Virus record (IMG/VR): IMGVR_UViG_3300029288_000065
Coordinates: 169,960-233,959 of that record
Length of the DNA stretch: 64,000 nt
Direction: 5' to 3' (one strand)
DNA from: a virus
Lineage: Duplodnaviria; Caudoviricetes
A program made the position numbers and the translations under genes. Positions 28,027-38,129 of this stretch are shown one piece after another; the first letter of the stretch is position 1, and every line of letters starts with the position of its first letter. Under the pieces are notes generated by a model. It did no database searches, was not told where the DNA came from, and saw only the letters and a program-made list of their open reading frames with translations.

Positions 28027-28427
28027 GATTTTCCTTCTAGAATCTTTTGGTATCCTTCGATAAAGACTTGGGATTCATTTATAATATTCTGAAGATTCTT
28101 ATTTCTATCTTCTAACATAGTCTTAAACATGCGAATAATTGATTTAACGACTTTTTCGAAGAATTGTGGTTCTGCCATATCGAAAAATTCCTCGTATAAT
28201 GCTTGTGTTTCATTTCGGATATAGACGCAAGCATTGCCACTATTAAATGTTAATATAACTTCATAATGTTTGTCAAGTATGGAGGATGGTGTAAGCCTTA
28301 CGTTGGAAACTACAGTCTCACCAACGTTTACTTCTTTAACAAAGAAACCGGACGTTTTCATACTAAGTTGATTAATTATTTCATCTACACACAAAATTTC
28401 AAAGTCGTTTTTTGTGTCAATTGACAT
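28023..28427 (-). CDS. DP-motif family protein (EP variant)
   Basis: EFFDMAEPQFFEKVVKSI followed by a coiled tail. Confidence 0.7.
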   Translation of the reverse strand: MSIDTKNDFEILCVDEIINQLSMKTSGFFVKEVNVGETVVSNVRLTPSSILDKHYEVILTFNSGNACVYIRNETQALYEEFFDMAEPQFFEKVVKSIIRMFKTMLEDRNKNLQNIINESQVFIEGYQKILEGKS

Positions 28428-28604
28428 GGTATTTCCTTCCAGGTACCCCTATTGTATCATCTTAAGAATACCTGGAAATGGGGCGTAACAATCCCACGCC
28501 CCAAAAGGGAAGCTGATCAAAGGACGGAGGTTGGTCCTTCTCAACTTGCGGCTGATTTGGGCAGAAACAAGGGGTATTAAGTAAGACACCCTTATCGAGA
28601 CGCC

Positions 28605-28922
28605 TCAAGAAGCGTCCTGCCGCTGCGCTTTCTCTCTTGTCTCTGTAGCAGATAAATCTGGTATAACTATCTCACCAGAAAAGAAAGCAACATCCTCAAT
28701 CCAAACCCCCTTACGCCAAGGAGATAAATCATTTCGACTAGATTCTTTCAAATAACCAATAAAACTCTCAAACTCTTCATAGTTACCACGTTCATATTTA
28801 TACCAATAATTTCTGAGAACTTCTCTTATTTCATTCTCAGTCGGTTCCCTATCAAATATGGCAAGATTTATTTTCTCTTGCCAATCTTGCCCGCATATTA
28901 CTAATAATTTTTGATATTTCAC
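28605..28922 (-). CDS. Hypothetical protein
   Basis: Coupled ORF. Confidence 0.6.
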   Translation of the reverse strand: MKYQKLLVICGQDWQEKINLAIFDREPTENEIREVLRNYWYKYERGNYEEFESFIGYLKESSRNDLSPWRKGVWIEDVAFFSGEIVIPDLSATETREKAQRQDAS

Positions 28923-29230
28923 CAGATTTCCTCATGGTGTTTCCAGGTGTTACGACCCATATCTTCATCAAATTCAACTTTGACCTTGTTATCTTTCAGA
29001 ACTGTGACGAAACTACTATAGGTGATTTTGTTTCCTTTTTCCTGATCATAATAATTTACTCTGAAGCAATGTGGGAAGAGCCAATTAATCTTCCTGATAT
29101 AGCCCCACCGTTCTGGGAAGTGAGATTCAACTAGCTTAGTAGCGGCAATTTTTTCTTTCTCTTCCGCAGTTGGTTCTGGCGTCTTGACGGCTTTTGGTAC
29201 TTTGGGTTCTGGAACAGTTGCTGTGCTCAT
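28919..29230 (-). CDS. Hypothetical protein
   Basis: FRVNYY...I..S.FV.V pattern. Confidence 0.65.
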   Translation of the reverse strand: MSTATVPEPKVPKAVKTPEPTAEEKEKIAATKLVESHFPERWGYIRKINWLFPHCFRVNYYDQEKGNKITYSSFVTVLKDNKVKVEFDEDMGRNTWKHHEEIW

Positions 29231-29271
29231 GATTTATCTACCCCTTTGACCTTTGGTTGGGAGGGTATATT

Positions 29272-29643
29272 TTATGATCTAAAGTGGAAAATTAGTTGTT
29301 TCCAATATGGGTATTCCTTTAACTTCTCTACTACATCAAATATATGGTTCAATTGTTCTGGAGTAATCTTATATGTCTTCATTGCTTCTTCGATTTTTTC
29401 TAGCCAATATTTATGGCTGAAAGTTTCCCAGGTAATATTTGGGTCTTTCTTATCTTCTTCATAACCCCAGGCACAACCATCTGTGTGGTTGTATTGGCAG
29501 AAAAGTTCGTGTGCGCGTTCTGCCAATTTCCTAAGTGGGAGTCGCCGTTGGGTTCTCTCTTCTCTGAGTTCTTCAGCGAGCTTTTCTTCAAGTTCCTTGA
29601 CCTTTTCTCTTGCTTTGTCGAGTTCGTTGGAAGTTTCTGTCAT
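29272..29643 (-). CDS. Phage hypothetical protein
   Basis: LAE..H...C.YNHTDGC.W.YE motif. Confidence 0.7.
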   Translation of the reverse strand: MTETSNELDKAREKVKELEEKLAEELREERTQRRLPLRKLAERAHELFCQYNHTDGCAWGYEEDKKDPNITWETFSHKYWLEKIEEAMKTYKITPEQLNHIFDVVEKLKEYPYWKQLIFHFRS

Positions 29644-30389
29644 TCTTCGTCCTTTTTCTTTTCTCTGAGGCTTAGTTTGTTGTATAGCTCGATAGCCGCT
29701 GTGATAACTACTTTATCATTCGTCGTCAAAGCGCCTTTCACAGTCCGTGTTTGTCGCAATACTTCCTGATCAGTGCCGAAGAATTTGGCATGCACAGGAA
29801 TCCATGTTGTCACTTCTGGATTTACAGCAGCCAAGAAGTGCCCATATCTACCTTCAATATGAACAAGATACCATACATCGGCATTTGCAATTGTAATATA
29901 TTCATGCGAAACTGAAGTCCCCGAGATAGCCACCAACTTCTTAACTTGAGCGTAATTACAGGCATCACTCCAGGACGCGTATCCACTCTTGTTTGTGTAA
30001 ATTGTTGATTTGACAAAACTATATCTGTTGGTAATCTCTCTGATCGTCTCTGGTTTCTTATAATTATCAATGAATTCAAGTTGTTCCTTCCAGGTGGTAT
30101 GCGTACAATTTCCATTTATATATGTCCAACTCTTAATCTTCTTATACCCACCGGTATCATCCATATAGAAGACATCAACACCATCGTTTTCACTGTCTCC
30201 CCTTACCGAAATACCTTCTCTTGTAGCTTTCCAATAAAATCTATAGTCTCTCTCACTAACAATAGTAATTTCAAACCCACGCTTTTCCAAAAGATTTAGA
30301 ATATTAACAATTTTGGTGTGTATAAACCTGTCAGTGCCCAATATTCCTGCTTTCTTGTTTAGTCCAGAGACTTGTTCTCTCCAAGTCAT
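29640..30389 (-). CDS. Hypothetical protein, L[TN]xxD-tail family
   Basis: ANADVWYLV...LTTNDKVVITAAIELY. Confidence 0.7.
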   Translation of the reverse strand: MTWREQVSGLNKKAGILGTDRFIHTKIVNILNLLEKRGFEITIVSERDYRFYWKATREGISVRGDSENDGVDVFYMDDTGGYKKIKSWTYINGNCTHTTWKEQLEFIDNYKKPETIREITNRYSFVKSTIYTNKSGYASWSDACNYAQVKKLVAISGTSVSHEYITIANADVWYLVHIEGRYGHFLAAVNPEVTTWIPVHAKFFGTDQEVLRQTRTVKGALTTNDKVVITAAIELYNKLSLREKKKDEE

Positions 30390-30781
30390 TTCTTTTTCTT
30401 CTCCTCAATATCCTCGTTCATCTTCTCTCTAATTTGAGCCAATACAATCTCAGCATTAGCTATTGGGAATTTCTGATGCAATCTAAAAGTCCCAGTGCTC
30501 ATTTCCGTATAATTGATAAATTCACCTCGCGTAACATCAATCCAAACGTTATTATAATCCTCCGTGTACGGCATCAACCAACCTTTGTCCTTCTTCCCAG
30601 TCATGACTGTTACTGCACAATGGATAGACAGAACACATTCTGGGTCGCTCCATTCCCTGTCAGCGTAGAGCGTGATTTTTCGGACTTCAGTGATATACCA
30701 TTTCCCGATCTTGAATCCTGGTGTGAAGTTATATTTCTTAATATCACCATAATCGATCTTGTCAAACACTTTAGTCTTCAC
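30386..30781 (-). CDS. ELAxP-subfamily protein
   Basis: REWSDPECVLSI...WIDV...FPIANAEIVL. Confidence 0.6.
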   Translation of the reverse strand: MKTKVFDKIDYGDIKKYNFTPGFKIGKWYITEVRKITLYADREWSDPECVLSIHCAVTVMTGKKDKGWLMPYTEDYNNVWIDVTRGEFINYTEMSTGTFRLHQKFPIANAEIVLAQIREKMNEDIEEKKKK

Positions 30782-31619
30782 GTTTCACCTCTATCTTATG
30801 CCATTCTTCAATGGCTCTCTTAATAAGACTCTGATCCGTTGCATTTAATATATTATCTTGGTGGACTACGGGAGAAACTCTATAAACTTTTCCAGTCGTG
30901 AAGAATGTTAGATATTTCTCACCATCAGTAATTATTTCAAGATTTGGATATATTCTACAGAAATACCATGGCTTCTCGTTGGGCTTCTGCAAATCAGCTG
31001 TGTTTACAACACCATCAGTGCCGATTGCAACCAACATGTGGACGCGTACACTTTTGATTTTTCTGGCATCACCAACCGATATAGTTTTTACTGTCTTGTT
31101 ATTCAAAGGACAATATTCAGATTCAATCTGGGAAATAAAAAGACCTGCTTTATTGAATTCTGTCGCATCTGGGAGATATCTATTCTCTTCACAGATCCTC
31201 TTACACAGGTTCATTAGCGTGGGGACCTTCCCTTCCAAAATATTAATACCATCTAATGTCATTTCGAAATATCTCTCATACCCACTTCCCTTACTTCTAC
31301 CAAATAATTCCCATCTTGGATGTAGTACACAGTTCCTTAATGAAAATTCCTTGAATCTTGCAATCATAGAAATTTCATAATCCATACCATATAACAAATC
31401 GCTTGGATTTGTTGGGGCTTCTGGTAGTTTATCATTCAATTTAATATCAAAACCAAATTCATCCAAAATTTCCAATAATTCTAATTTAAATTCGAACTTA
31501 TCCTTTAGATCTACAAGTCTTTTCTTTTTATCTTGGTCATCCAAAGATGATTTTCTAATAAAATTAAGATATCTCTCTTTTATTACGTCGTAATCACTTC
31601 TCCACTTTTTGCGTTCCAT
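30771..31619 (-). CDS. Hypothetical protein, L[TN]xxD-tail family
   Basis: ADLQKPNEKPWYF...LNATDQSLIKRAIEEW; likely start MERKK. Confidence 0.65.
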   Translation of the reverse strand: MERKKWRSDYDVIKERYLNFIRKSSLDDQDKKKRLVDLKDKFEFKLELLEILDEFGFDIKLNDKLPEAPTNPSDLLYGMDYEISMIARFKEFSLRNCVLHPRWELFGRSKGSGYERYFEMTLDGINILEGKVPTLMNLCKRICEENRYLPDATEFNKAGLFISQIESEYCPLNNKTVKTISVGDARKIKSVRVHMLVAIGTDGVVNTADLQKPNEKPWYFCRIYPNLEIITDGEKYLTFFTTGKVYRVSPVVHQDNILNATDQSLIKRAIEEWHKIEVKRED

Positions 31620-32667
31620 CTTCTTTTTCTCTCCATGCCTTGATGTGAGTTTCAAAGACCCAATTGACAAATTCATCGTTGTCTGAAAGGGCCTCGTCAA
31701 TCCTATAGGTCTTATGTATAGAATGTAAATTATTGGGATCACCCAAAACGGTCGCTTTATCGAAATCATAAGTATTATTATACTTCTCATCGTCACGAAC
31801 TATATAAATTTTATCTTTCGGATTATTAACACTTTTACAATAACCAAAGATTTTTCTATTTCCATTCCCCATATCGAATGCCAAGAATACGTAGAGATCA
31901 AGATTTGGATCACATAATTCATCTTTGGTAATGAGATGAAGTGTTTTACCCTCTTTTCTCATAAGAATGAGAGAAAATTCTTTATTCTCGGCGAAGATAC
32001 TCTTATTTAGAGGTAATGCTGATACTTTTTGGAAGATTTCTGTTCCATTTGCTTTTATAAAATCAAACACTATATTTATATAATTCATGAATATCAATGA
32101 CACGTTCGGAGGATCTGCCTCATCACAACTTGGAGACATAGTATTAATGTCTTTAGCTAATTCATCCTTGGTCTTCTGGAACAAAATATCATCTCGATTA
32201 AAGAACAACCTCATGTATTGGGTATGAGAATTCCTAGCAGTAACTCCAAACCATACATATCTAGTATATCCAAGATTTGCATATTTACATTTCCCTGTTG
32301 TAAATCCAATATACTTGAATTCACCAGGTTTTGGTTTTTTCTCAGACAAGATTAATTTGTGTTTATCATGGAGGACTTTATATTCAACTAAATAATCTTT
32401 GAAAGCAGCAATTACTTCATCCAGCCATCCTCTGATATCTTCAATTTCCCAAAACTTACAAGTGTGCTTGAACATTTCTTCACGATGATTTAATGTAAGG
32501 GAAAATCCCATTCTATTTTCATAATCAATATGATATGAAAAATTGGTATATTTTAATTCATCCTTTATAACTTGTATCCTTGTTTGTAATGTTTTATTTA
32601 GAATACGATCAATATCTCTGACACTCCATGGTTTTGTCAAGTTCCGTACGATGTTTTTGTCTTCCAT
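31594..32667 (-). CDS. Hypothetical protein with an ELCDP motif
   Basis: KDELCDPNLDLYVFL; RBS AGGAG. Confidence 0.7.
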   Translation of the reverse strand: MEDKNIVRNLTKPWSVRDIDRILNKTLQTRIQVIKDELKYTNFSYHIDYENRMGFSLTLNHREEMFKHTCKFWEIEDIRGWLDEVIAAFKDYLVEYKVLHDKHKLILSEKKPKPGEFKYIGFTTGKCKYANLGYTRYVWFGVTARNSHTQYMRLFFNRDDILFQKTKDELAKDINTMSPSCDEADPPNVSLIFMNYINIVFDFIKANGTEIFQKVSALPLNKSIFAENKEFSLILMRKEGKTLHLITKDELCDPNLDLYVFLAFDMGNGNRKIFGYCKSVNNPKDKIYIVRDDEKYNNTYDFDKATVLGDPNNLHSIHKTYRIDEALSDNDEFVNWVFETHIKAWREKEDGTQKVEK

Positions 32668-32687
32668 TGTATCTCCTATTTGTATTC

Positions 32688-33083
32688 TTATTTGAATGTA
32701 CTCAATAATTCTTGTCTTTTCTTTATTGAATTTAATAATTCATTGTTTCTAAAATTGACATATTCAATTGTGAATTCTTTTACAAAAAGAATAACTTTTT
32801 TGAAGAATTCTGGGTCTGCAATATCTAGAACAGTTTTATACTTATCTGTTTTAGTTGGGTAATGTCCATCAACATTGGTATTATTGTTAATCCAAATTTC
32901 AACTGTACCACCGTTAATAAGTATAGTAATACAAATACGATCGGCTTCCGGCTCACCCAAAGCAATTTCACAACTAACATATTTTTCGTATGCGACAGAA
33001 TAACATTTATCACAAAAATATTCATCCAAATTCTTCTTGATTTCTATCAAAACCTTTCTTTCATCTGACATTTTGTTGTACAT
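32688..33083 (-). CDS. DP-motif family protein
   Basis: VLDIADPEFFKKVILFV. Confidence 0.72.
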   Translation of the reverse strand: MYNKMSDERKVLIEIKKNLDEYFCDKCYSVAYEKYVSCEIALGEPEADRICITILINGGTVEIWINNNTNVDGHYPTKTDKYKTVLDIADPEFFKKVILFVKEFTIEYVNFRNNELLNSIKKRQELLSTFK

Positions 33084-33112
33084 TCAACCTCCGTCCGATC
33101 AGGGATTCACTT

Positions 33113-33142
33113 CCGCCCCCTCCAACGCCGCAGAGGAGGCGG
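33113..33142 (-). terminator. GC-rich hairpin after the 33150-33461 gene
   Basis: CCGCCCCCTC ... GAGGAGGCGG imperfect inverted repeat. Confidence 0.45.
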
Positions 33143-33149
33143 CTTAGAA

Positions 33150-33461
33150 TCACTGGTCTTGTTTAGCCTGTTCTTGGATAATTACATCACCCTGAAGAAC
33201 GCCAAATTTACTTTCCTCTCGAAAATGATATGTCTGCGGTTTCTCCCCAGGTTCCGCCTCCCTGGTAACAAACCACAAACTGGCAGGTTCTTTCCAGGTT
33301 ACATTTACGAATTTCTCACCTGGCTTGAGCGTAACCGTGAGTGAACCACCCCATTCCTTAGCACGTCTACTGGCAGGCATCCATAGGCTAAACACAAGCC
33401 AGAAAACGCCTATAAACACTACTATACCGCATAATACCAAAACCAAATCTTTAAATTTCAT
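33150..33461 (-). CDS. Conserved phage membrane-anchored protein
   Basis: N-terminal TM followed by AK.WGG...L.PG.K.VNVTWK...LW..TR...F.E.S.FG. Confidence 0.7.
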   Translation of the reverse strand: MKFKDLVLVLCGIVVFIGVFWLVFSLWMPASRRAKEWGGSLTVTLKPGEKFVNVTWKEPASLWFVTREAEPGEKPQTYHFREESKFGVLQGDVIIQEQAKQDQ

Positions 33462-35179
33462 GTCGTCTTCTTCCTCCTACTCTTCTTCTGGCACTCGACG
33501 CACCTCTTGACCTGGTGGACATCTTGAGGCTTTACCTCACGCTGTGCACCACAATCAATACAGGTAATGAAAAGACTCTTTGTCGGAAGGACCTTCTGTT
33601 CTGCAGCATGAGGGATCTGATCCTTATACTTGAATATGACCATAGCCAATTTTCCTGCAATTTCTTCCAGACTATCAACAAAATTCATGTCGTGTTCTGA
33701 TGCCTTGTTGTGTGCCAACTCATGGCACAATATACCAAGGTTCCTGGAACACAGTGGTTTGCTGAAATCTGTTGTTTCCTTCGTATTCCAGCTAACGAAG
33801 CATTTCTCTTCGTTGGCCTTGAAATGAGCAATCATAGCACGACCAGTATGGTCGCGTTCCTGAATAAAGAAATCAACTTCTACGTTCCGTTCCAGAACCT
33901 TTTCGCTCAAGAATTTGATAACCTCAGCGAACTTCTTCTGGTCATCGGTAAGTGTAGTGACCGATTCCATTTTGTTCTTGGCGATTTCGGTCGAAACCTC
34001 CTCAGAATTCTTGACATATTTGGCAACTGCCTCAGTAATAGAAGCTGCCATGTGTTTGACATCCAGAAGCGAATATCCGTGTTGAGCTGCAACGTCATTC
34101 GCTTTCCGGTTCTCAGTCTTGATTACCATAAGTTTGCCATCTGTAATCTTGTCAACGACTCTCTTCTTCACCTCTTCAGTTGTCCATCCCATACCTTGGA
34201 TTACCCATTCTTCCTTGGCAATCTCATTGGAATTAATATTATCAATCTCATACTTCAGCACCTGACCGAAGAGATATTTAAGATACCATTCACTGACGGT
34301 ATCCCGATTGTCGTTCAGTGGGACACGTTGCTGAACATCTACATGCCAAGGAGCCACGATCTTCTGGATCGGTACTCCCATTTCGAAAAGCCAAGATTCA
34401 CCCTTCTTGGACTTCCGAATGACAACATCGGTAATTCGGTATTCATTTTTCTGAACACCCTGAACGATTACCTGAGTTTCAAGACAGAGACCACGGTAGG
34501 TCGTGATTGCATCTGGACGACGAACTTCCTTACCATTGATCTTGAGGATGAGATTCTCCGGAGGAATTACCTTTTTGAGATATTCAATGGCATCTTCCGG
34601 ATTCTTCCAGGTATCCAGAGAGGACCAGATTTCTACTTTGGTTCCTACTGTCCTGGTATTTTTACATTCTTTTCGACCGTCCTTGTCGAATTCGATTGTC
34701 AGTCCGATGGTTTCGACGATGGCACGGTCTGCAGCGGAGATCAACTCTTTGAGGCCACGACCTTTTCGGCCTCGTTTGGTGGGTTGGTCTTCTTTGTCTG
34801 TCATGAATACAGTGGTGATTAGAGAAGGGTCGCTGAAGCCGTGTTTGCTGTTGTCGCAGATGATGACGTGACCTTGTTCGAGAGTCACTTCTGCGAGGGT
34901 GGCATCTTCCAGGTCCAGGACATTGGAGATGCCTTCTCTGATGAGGAAGGACATGCTTCGTCCTGCATTGAGACGACGCCAGCCGTCGTTGCTGATTTCA
35001 AACCAGGTTTTACTGGTCTTGATTTCTTCAGCTTTGGGTTGTTCCACAGGCGCTTCCGCCACCATTACTTCCTTTTTCTCGACTTCGAACGTCTCCTCCT
35101 TGATGGGAGGGATGGGGAGATCATCGTTGGGTGGTGGAATTCCAAGATCGTCTTGGGGGATTGGGGGAATGTCACTCAT
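33458..35179 (-). CDS. GHKL (HATPase-like) ATPase fused to an HExxH metallopeptidase-like domain and a C-terminal zinc ribbon
   Basis: LIREGISNVLD (N box), ICDNSKHGF (G1), RGRKGRGLKE (G2), GTKVEI; LCHELAH; CIDC...CVEC; Pro-rich acidic N-terminus. Confidence 0.75.
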   Translation of the reverse strand: MSDIPPIPQDDLGIPPPNDDLPIPPIKEETFEVEKKEVMVAEAPVEQPKAEEIKTSKTWFEISNDGWRRLNAGRSMSFLIREGISNVLDLEDATLAEVTLEQGHVIICDNSKHGFSDPSLITTVFMTDKEDQPTKRGRKGRGLKELISAADRAIVETIGLTIEFDKDGRKECKNTRTVGTKVEIWSSLDTWKNPEDAIEYLKKVIPPENLILKINGKEVRRPDAITTYRGLCLETQVIVQGVQKNEYRITDVVIRKSKKGESWLFEMGVPIQKIVAPWHVDVQQRVPLNDNRDTVSEWYLKYLFGQVLKYEIDNINSNEIAKEEWVIQGMGWTTEEVKKRVVDKITDGKLMVIKTENRKANDVAAQHGYSLLDVKHMAASITEAVAKYVKNSEEVSTEIAKNKMESVTTLTDDQKKFAEVIKFLSEKVLERNVEVDFFIQERDHTGRAMIAHFKANEEKCFVSWNTKETTDFSKPLCSRNLGILCHELAHNKASEHDMNFVDSLEEIAGKLAMVIFKYKDQIPHAAEQKVLPTKSLFITCIDCGAQREVKPQDVHQVKRCVECQKKSRRKKTT

Positions 35180-35523
35180 TAAAAACTCCTTGCCGTTCTT
35201 CGGGGCATGCTTAGAATATCCTGGAGGAATTTTACTCCTCCTCGTTCGATTAGGAAGACAAATGCGTCGTCCATTGTATCGAACTTTTTAGTCCCTTGAA
35301 TTTTGAAGGTTGCATCTCCGATGTGTGGGATTGCATCTTCATATTGTCCGACTTGGAGTGCTGCTTTTCCGTTTGCTAGGTAGACGTGTGCGTAATGTCC
35401 TTTTTCTCCTCCTATGTAGAGTAGCAAGTCCCTGTTTTGGTCGGAGTGGATTCGATCCACTCTCCAGTGATCTTTACTCTTTGCTGTTTCTTCTTTCCAG
35501 GATTTTGCTTCTTCTGGGGTCAT
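35179..35523 (-). CDS. Hypothetical protein
   Basis: G.YEDAIPHIGDATF motif; coupled ORF. Confidence 0.65.
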   Translation of the reverse strand: MTPEEAKSWKEETAKSKDHWRVDRIHSDQNRDLLLYIGGEKGHYAHVYLANGKAALQVGQYEDAIPHIGDATFKIQGTKKFDTMDDAFVFLIERGGVKFLQDILSMPRRTARSF

Positions 35524-35735
35524 TCAAATGCTCTCCACTTGTAGCCGCATGATTGTATAAGTTCATCGAGTGCTCCTGATGCATCAAAAAGGTCACTACA
35601 TACTTTCTGATCCCAGTTCTGTTCTACTGCTAGGTCATATAATTCCTTGACTTTTTGTGCTCGTTTGATTATTTCATCTGCGTTTCTGGAAAGGTTTTCA
35701 TGCATTTCGATTTGTAGGTCTTTCATTGCACCCAT
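35520..35735 (-). CDS. Hypothetical protein
   Basis: MGAMKDL start typical of small phage ORFs. Confidence 0.65.
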   Translation of the reverse strand: MGAMKDLQIEMHENLSRNADEIIKRAQKVKELYDLAVEQNWDQKVCSDLFDASGALDELIQSCGYKWRAFE

Positions 35736-35737
35736 AA

Positions 35738-35956
35738 TTATCCTCTGAAACTTCTGGCTTCAACTGCTTTGTCTATAATTGCCTGTGCGACTTTTACTGC
35801 TGTTTCTGGTGGCAAGCCAATCCAAGATATTTGTTTTCCGAAGTTGATAATTACGTTTCCATTATAAGTTGTTATTCCGATATTTAGTTCTCCTTCATCT
35901 CCAGGTGTTAATTTCCCTTCTGGGAATTTTCCTGTTGGGCCTGGTTCTTCAGCCAT
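35738..35956 (-). CDS. Conserved phage hypothetical protein
   Basis: G.TG.FP.GKL...DEGEL...V.INFGK...WIG.PP..A. Confidence 0.7.
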   Translation of the reverse strand: MAEEPGPTGKFPEGKLTPGDEGELNIGITTYNGNVIINFGKQISWIGLPPETAVKVAQAIIDKAVEARSFRG

Positions 35957-36103
35957 TTCTATTCCTCGTCGTCTATTGAGATCTCATCAAAACAATAAAC
36001 TAGTACAAACATGGCCCAAAAAGCAGCTGCCCACCAGATTTGGAAGTATACAAACAATCCAACAGGAACAGCGTTGGTGGCTGCCTGAAACCACCGATTT
36101 CCT

Positions 36104-36379
36104 TCACTCCACTTCTTTTTCCGCATCTTTCTCCTCTACAAGTGAGTCAATAACCTTCTTTGTCTTCATTATCTGGTTATTGACTCGCTTCTCTTTCGCC
36201 AACACACGTACCTCATTGGTCAGAAGTCTTGAAATTTCCATATTTCGTTCGTGGATTGCTTTTTCGAAATGATTCCCAGCCATACCCAATAAAATGAATG
36301 ATTCTGCGACTGTTTCACCTTCCCAGACTTGGCGAACATACCCAAGTCCTTCTGGAATCTCGCAAACCAGTTTGACCAT
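36104..36379 (-). CDS. Hypothetical protein
   Basis: Coupled ORF. Confidence 0.6.
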   Translation of the reverse strand: MVKLVCEIPEGLGYVRQVWEGETVAESFILLGMAGNHFEKAIHERNMEISRLLTNEVRVLAKEKRVNNQIMKTKKVIDSLVEEKDAEKEVE

Positions 36380-36748
36380 TTATTTCTCGCCTTCGCAGAG
36401 ATCCTTGTACTTGTCAGAAACTGCCTTTAGATCCTTAATAACCTCAGTCGCTCGACCTATATCGAAATTCGGATCAGTAATGTTGAATACTAATTTCTTG
36501 CCAACTTCATAATGCTTATTTTCTGGATGATATTTGGCCACCAAAAGTGTTTCTTTTTGATCGAAAATTATATAAAGGTTTTGAGTAATGAGTCCACGAC
36601 ATGAGATCATAAGATGATCTTCGTCAGTACCATTCCATACTTTCCTGATCTTAATCTTTTGCAATACAGTCGTGACACCATAGGACTTAATGGTGTCACG
36701 AATGTTCTCCATGAGCGTGCGGTTGAGATTCTCTTCCTTCTTAGCCAT
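36380..36748 (-). CDS. DP-motif family protein
   Basis: LVFNITDPNFDIGRATEVI. Confidence 0.7.
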   Translation of the reverse strand: MAKKEENLNRTLMENIRDTIKSYGVTTVLQKIKIRKVWNGTDEDHLMISCRGLITQNLYIIFDQKETLLVAKYHPENKHYEVGKKLVFNITDPNFDIGRATEVIKDLKAVSDKYKDLCEGEK

Positions 36749-38066
36749 TAACCGTCATGTCCACGCAATTACCCCATTCAGGAGCCTTCGCCTTCTCTCC
36801 CGTTTTCTCACGAGCAATCACGAAGATCATCGGGAAAGCACGCTTCTCAGGCCAATTACAATAACCATCGGTCAGCATGATACACGCATTCCCGATCAAA
36901 CCCTGATCTTCCAACCATTTCACAGGAGCCGCCATGTCGGTACCCCCACGACCTCGGACCTGGATACGCTTCCAATCACCGCGACGATACCTTCCATACC
37001 CCTGGAAGGCATGGTCCCATTGGAGTACATTGACCTTGGCACGATAGCAGACTGCCTCGATTTCAGTAAAGAATTGCTCCAGCATCCGGCTGCTCACTGA
37101 ACCAGAAGTATCAACCACTACCGAGACCGTACAAGCAGCATGATGGGAGATTCCCGGTTTCCCAAAGAAATCATGACGCCGATTCCGTCGAGAATAAGTC
37201 CACCTCCGATTACCAACATAAGTTCCCATCAGACGGCGGAGAAGTTCTTTCCACCGAACGACGGGCTTATCCAGAGATTTAAGGATTTCCTTCAGGTGAC
37301 CAGGAACATGACCTTGGCTCTTCTGGCTGGCCTGGTCACAGATGTCCTTGACCACCTGGCGGGCTTCGTCTTCACTGACGTCACTCTGGCCCCAGGTACT
37401 GTGATCATCAACGGTATCCCCGAATCCGTCATTGGGTGCGCCGCCGTCACCAGAACCAGGTTCGTTACTTTCTTCCTCGCCCTGCCCTTGGCCCTGACCC
37501 TGTTTCTGCTGTTGTTTCTGTTTGCCTTTCCCGCCACCACCTTGTGGCTGGCCTTGGCCCTTTCCCTTCCCTTGCTTCTTTCCTTGCGGACCCATCTCGT
37601 TCTGTTCCAGCATTTTGTAATATTCTTCTGCAGATAGACTTTCGTCTACATCACTTGGGCAGTAGATCATGTCTTCTGCTGGCGGGAGGACTTTGCCTTT
37701 CTCTTTATATCCTACTCGTGGGTTGTTCTCGCGGCCATTGACTGACATGTCTGCCGCGACACCCCAAGTTCGCCGATCCCGTCCACCGGTCCTTACTGGG
37801 TGGAGTCGGACGAGGTGTTCGATCAGGTGCTGGACTTGTCCATATAGTTCTTTGAGGTTGTGTTTTGCCACGAATGGGGGATAGAAGAGGGCTTGGATTA
37901 CGCCTCCCTGGACGATTCGGATTCCAAGCTTTCGCTTGCTTTCGTCGGGGATCCAGCTCATTTGGTTGGGGATCCATTCCATGGACATGGCGACGTGGCC
38001 ATACCATGGCTCGCGGACCATCAGCCGGCACCTTGCTTCCATGAGTTTGTCACTGGTTTCACTCAT
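36741..38066 (-). CDS. DUF2201-like metallopeptidase-related plus vWA domain protein (MoxR partner)
   Basis: N-terminal P.YG...HLIEHLVRLH...W.VAAD..VN; Gly/Gln linker; DDHSTW; vWA MIDAS VVVDTSGSV, GRGGTD, MLTDG. Confidence 0.85.
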   Translation of the reverse strand: MSETSDKLMEARCRLMVREPWYGHVAMSMEWIPNQMSWIPDESKRKLGIRIVQGGVIQALFYPPFVAKHNLKELYGQVQHLIEHLVRLHPVRTGGRDRRTWGVAADMSVNGRENNPRVGYKEKGKVLPPAEDMIYCPSDVDESLSAEEYYKMLEQNEMGPQGKKQGKGKGQGQPQGGGGKGKQKQQQKQGQGQGQGEEESNEPGSGDGGAPNDGFGDTVDDHSTWGQSDVSEDEARQVVKDICDQASQKSQGHVPGHLKEILKSLDKPVVRWKELLRRLMGTYVGNRRWTYSRRNRRHDFFGKPGISHHAACTVSVVVDTSGSVSSRMLEQFFTEIEAVCYRAKVNVLQWDHAFQGYGRYRRGDWKRIQVRGRGGTDMAAPVKWLEDQGLIGNACIMLTDGYCNWPEKRAFPMIFVIAREKTGEKAKAPEWGNCVDMTVNG

Positions 38067-38129
38067 TGTTCGGAAGATCCTTTCTCTGTGTTTTATCTTT
38101 TGAGACTTTGGACATAATTCGGTGCGACA

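Noticed and set aside
37480-37600. Low-complexity repeats (GGCCCT/TGCCCT)
   Set aside because: They encode the Gly/Gln/Lys linker typical of DUF2201-vWA proteins and are not a separate element.
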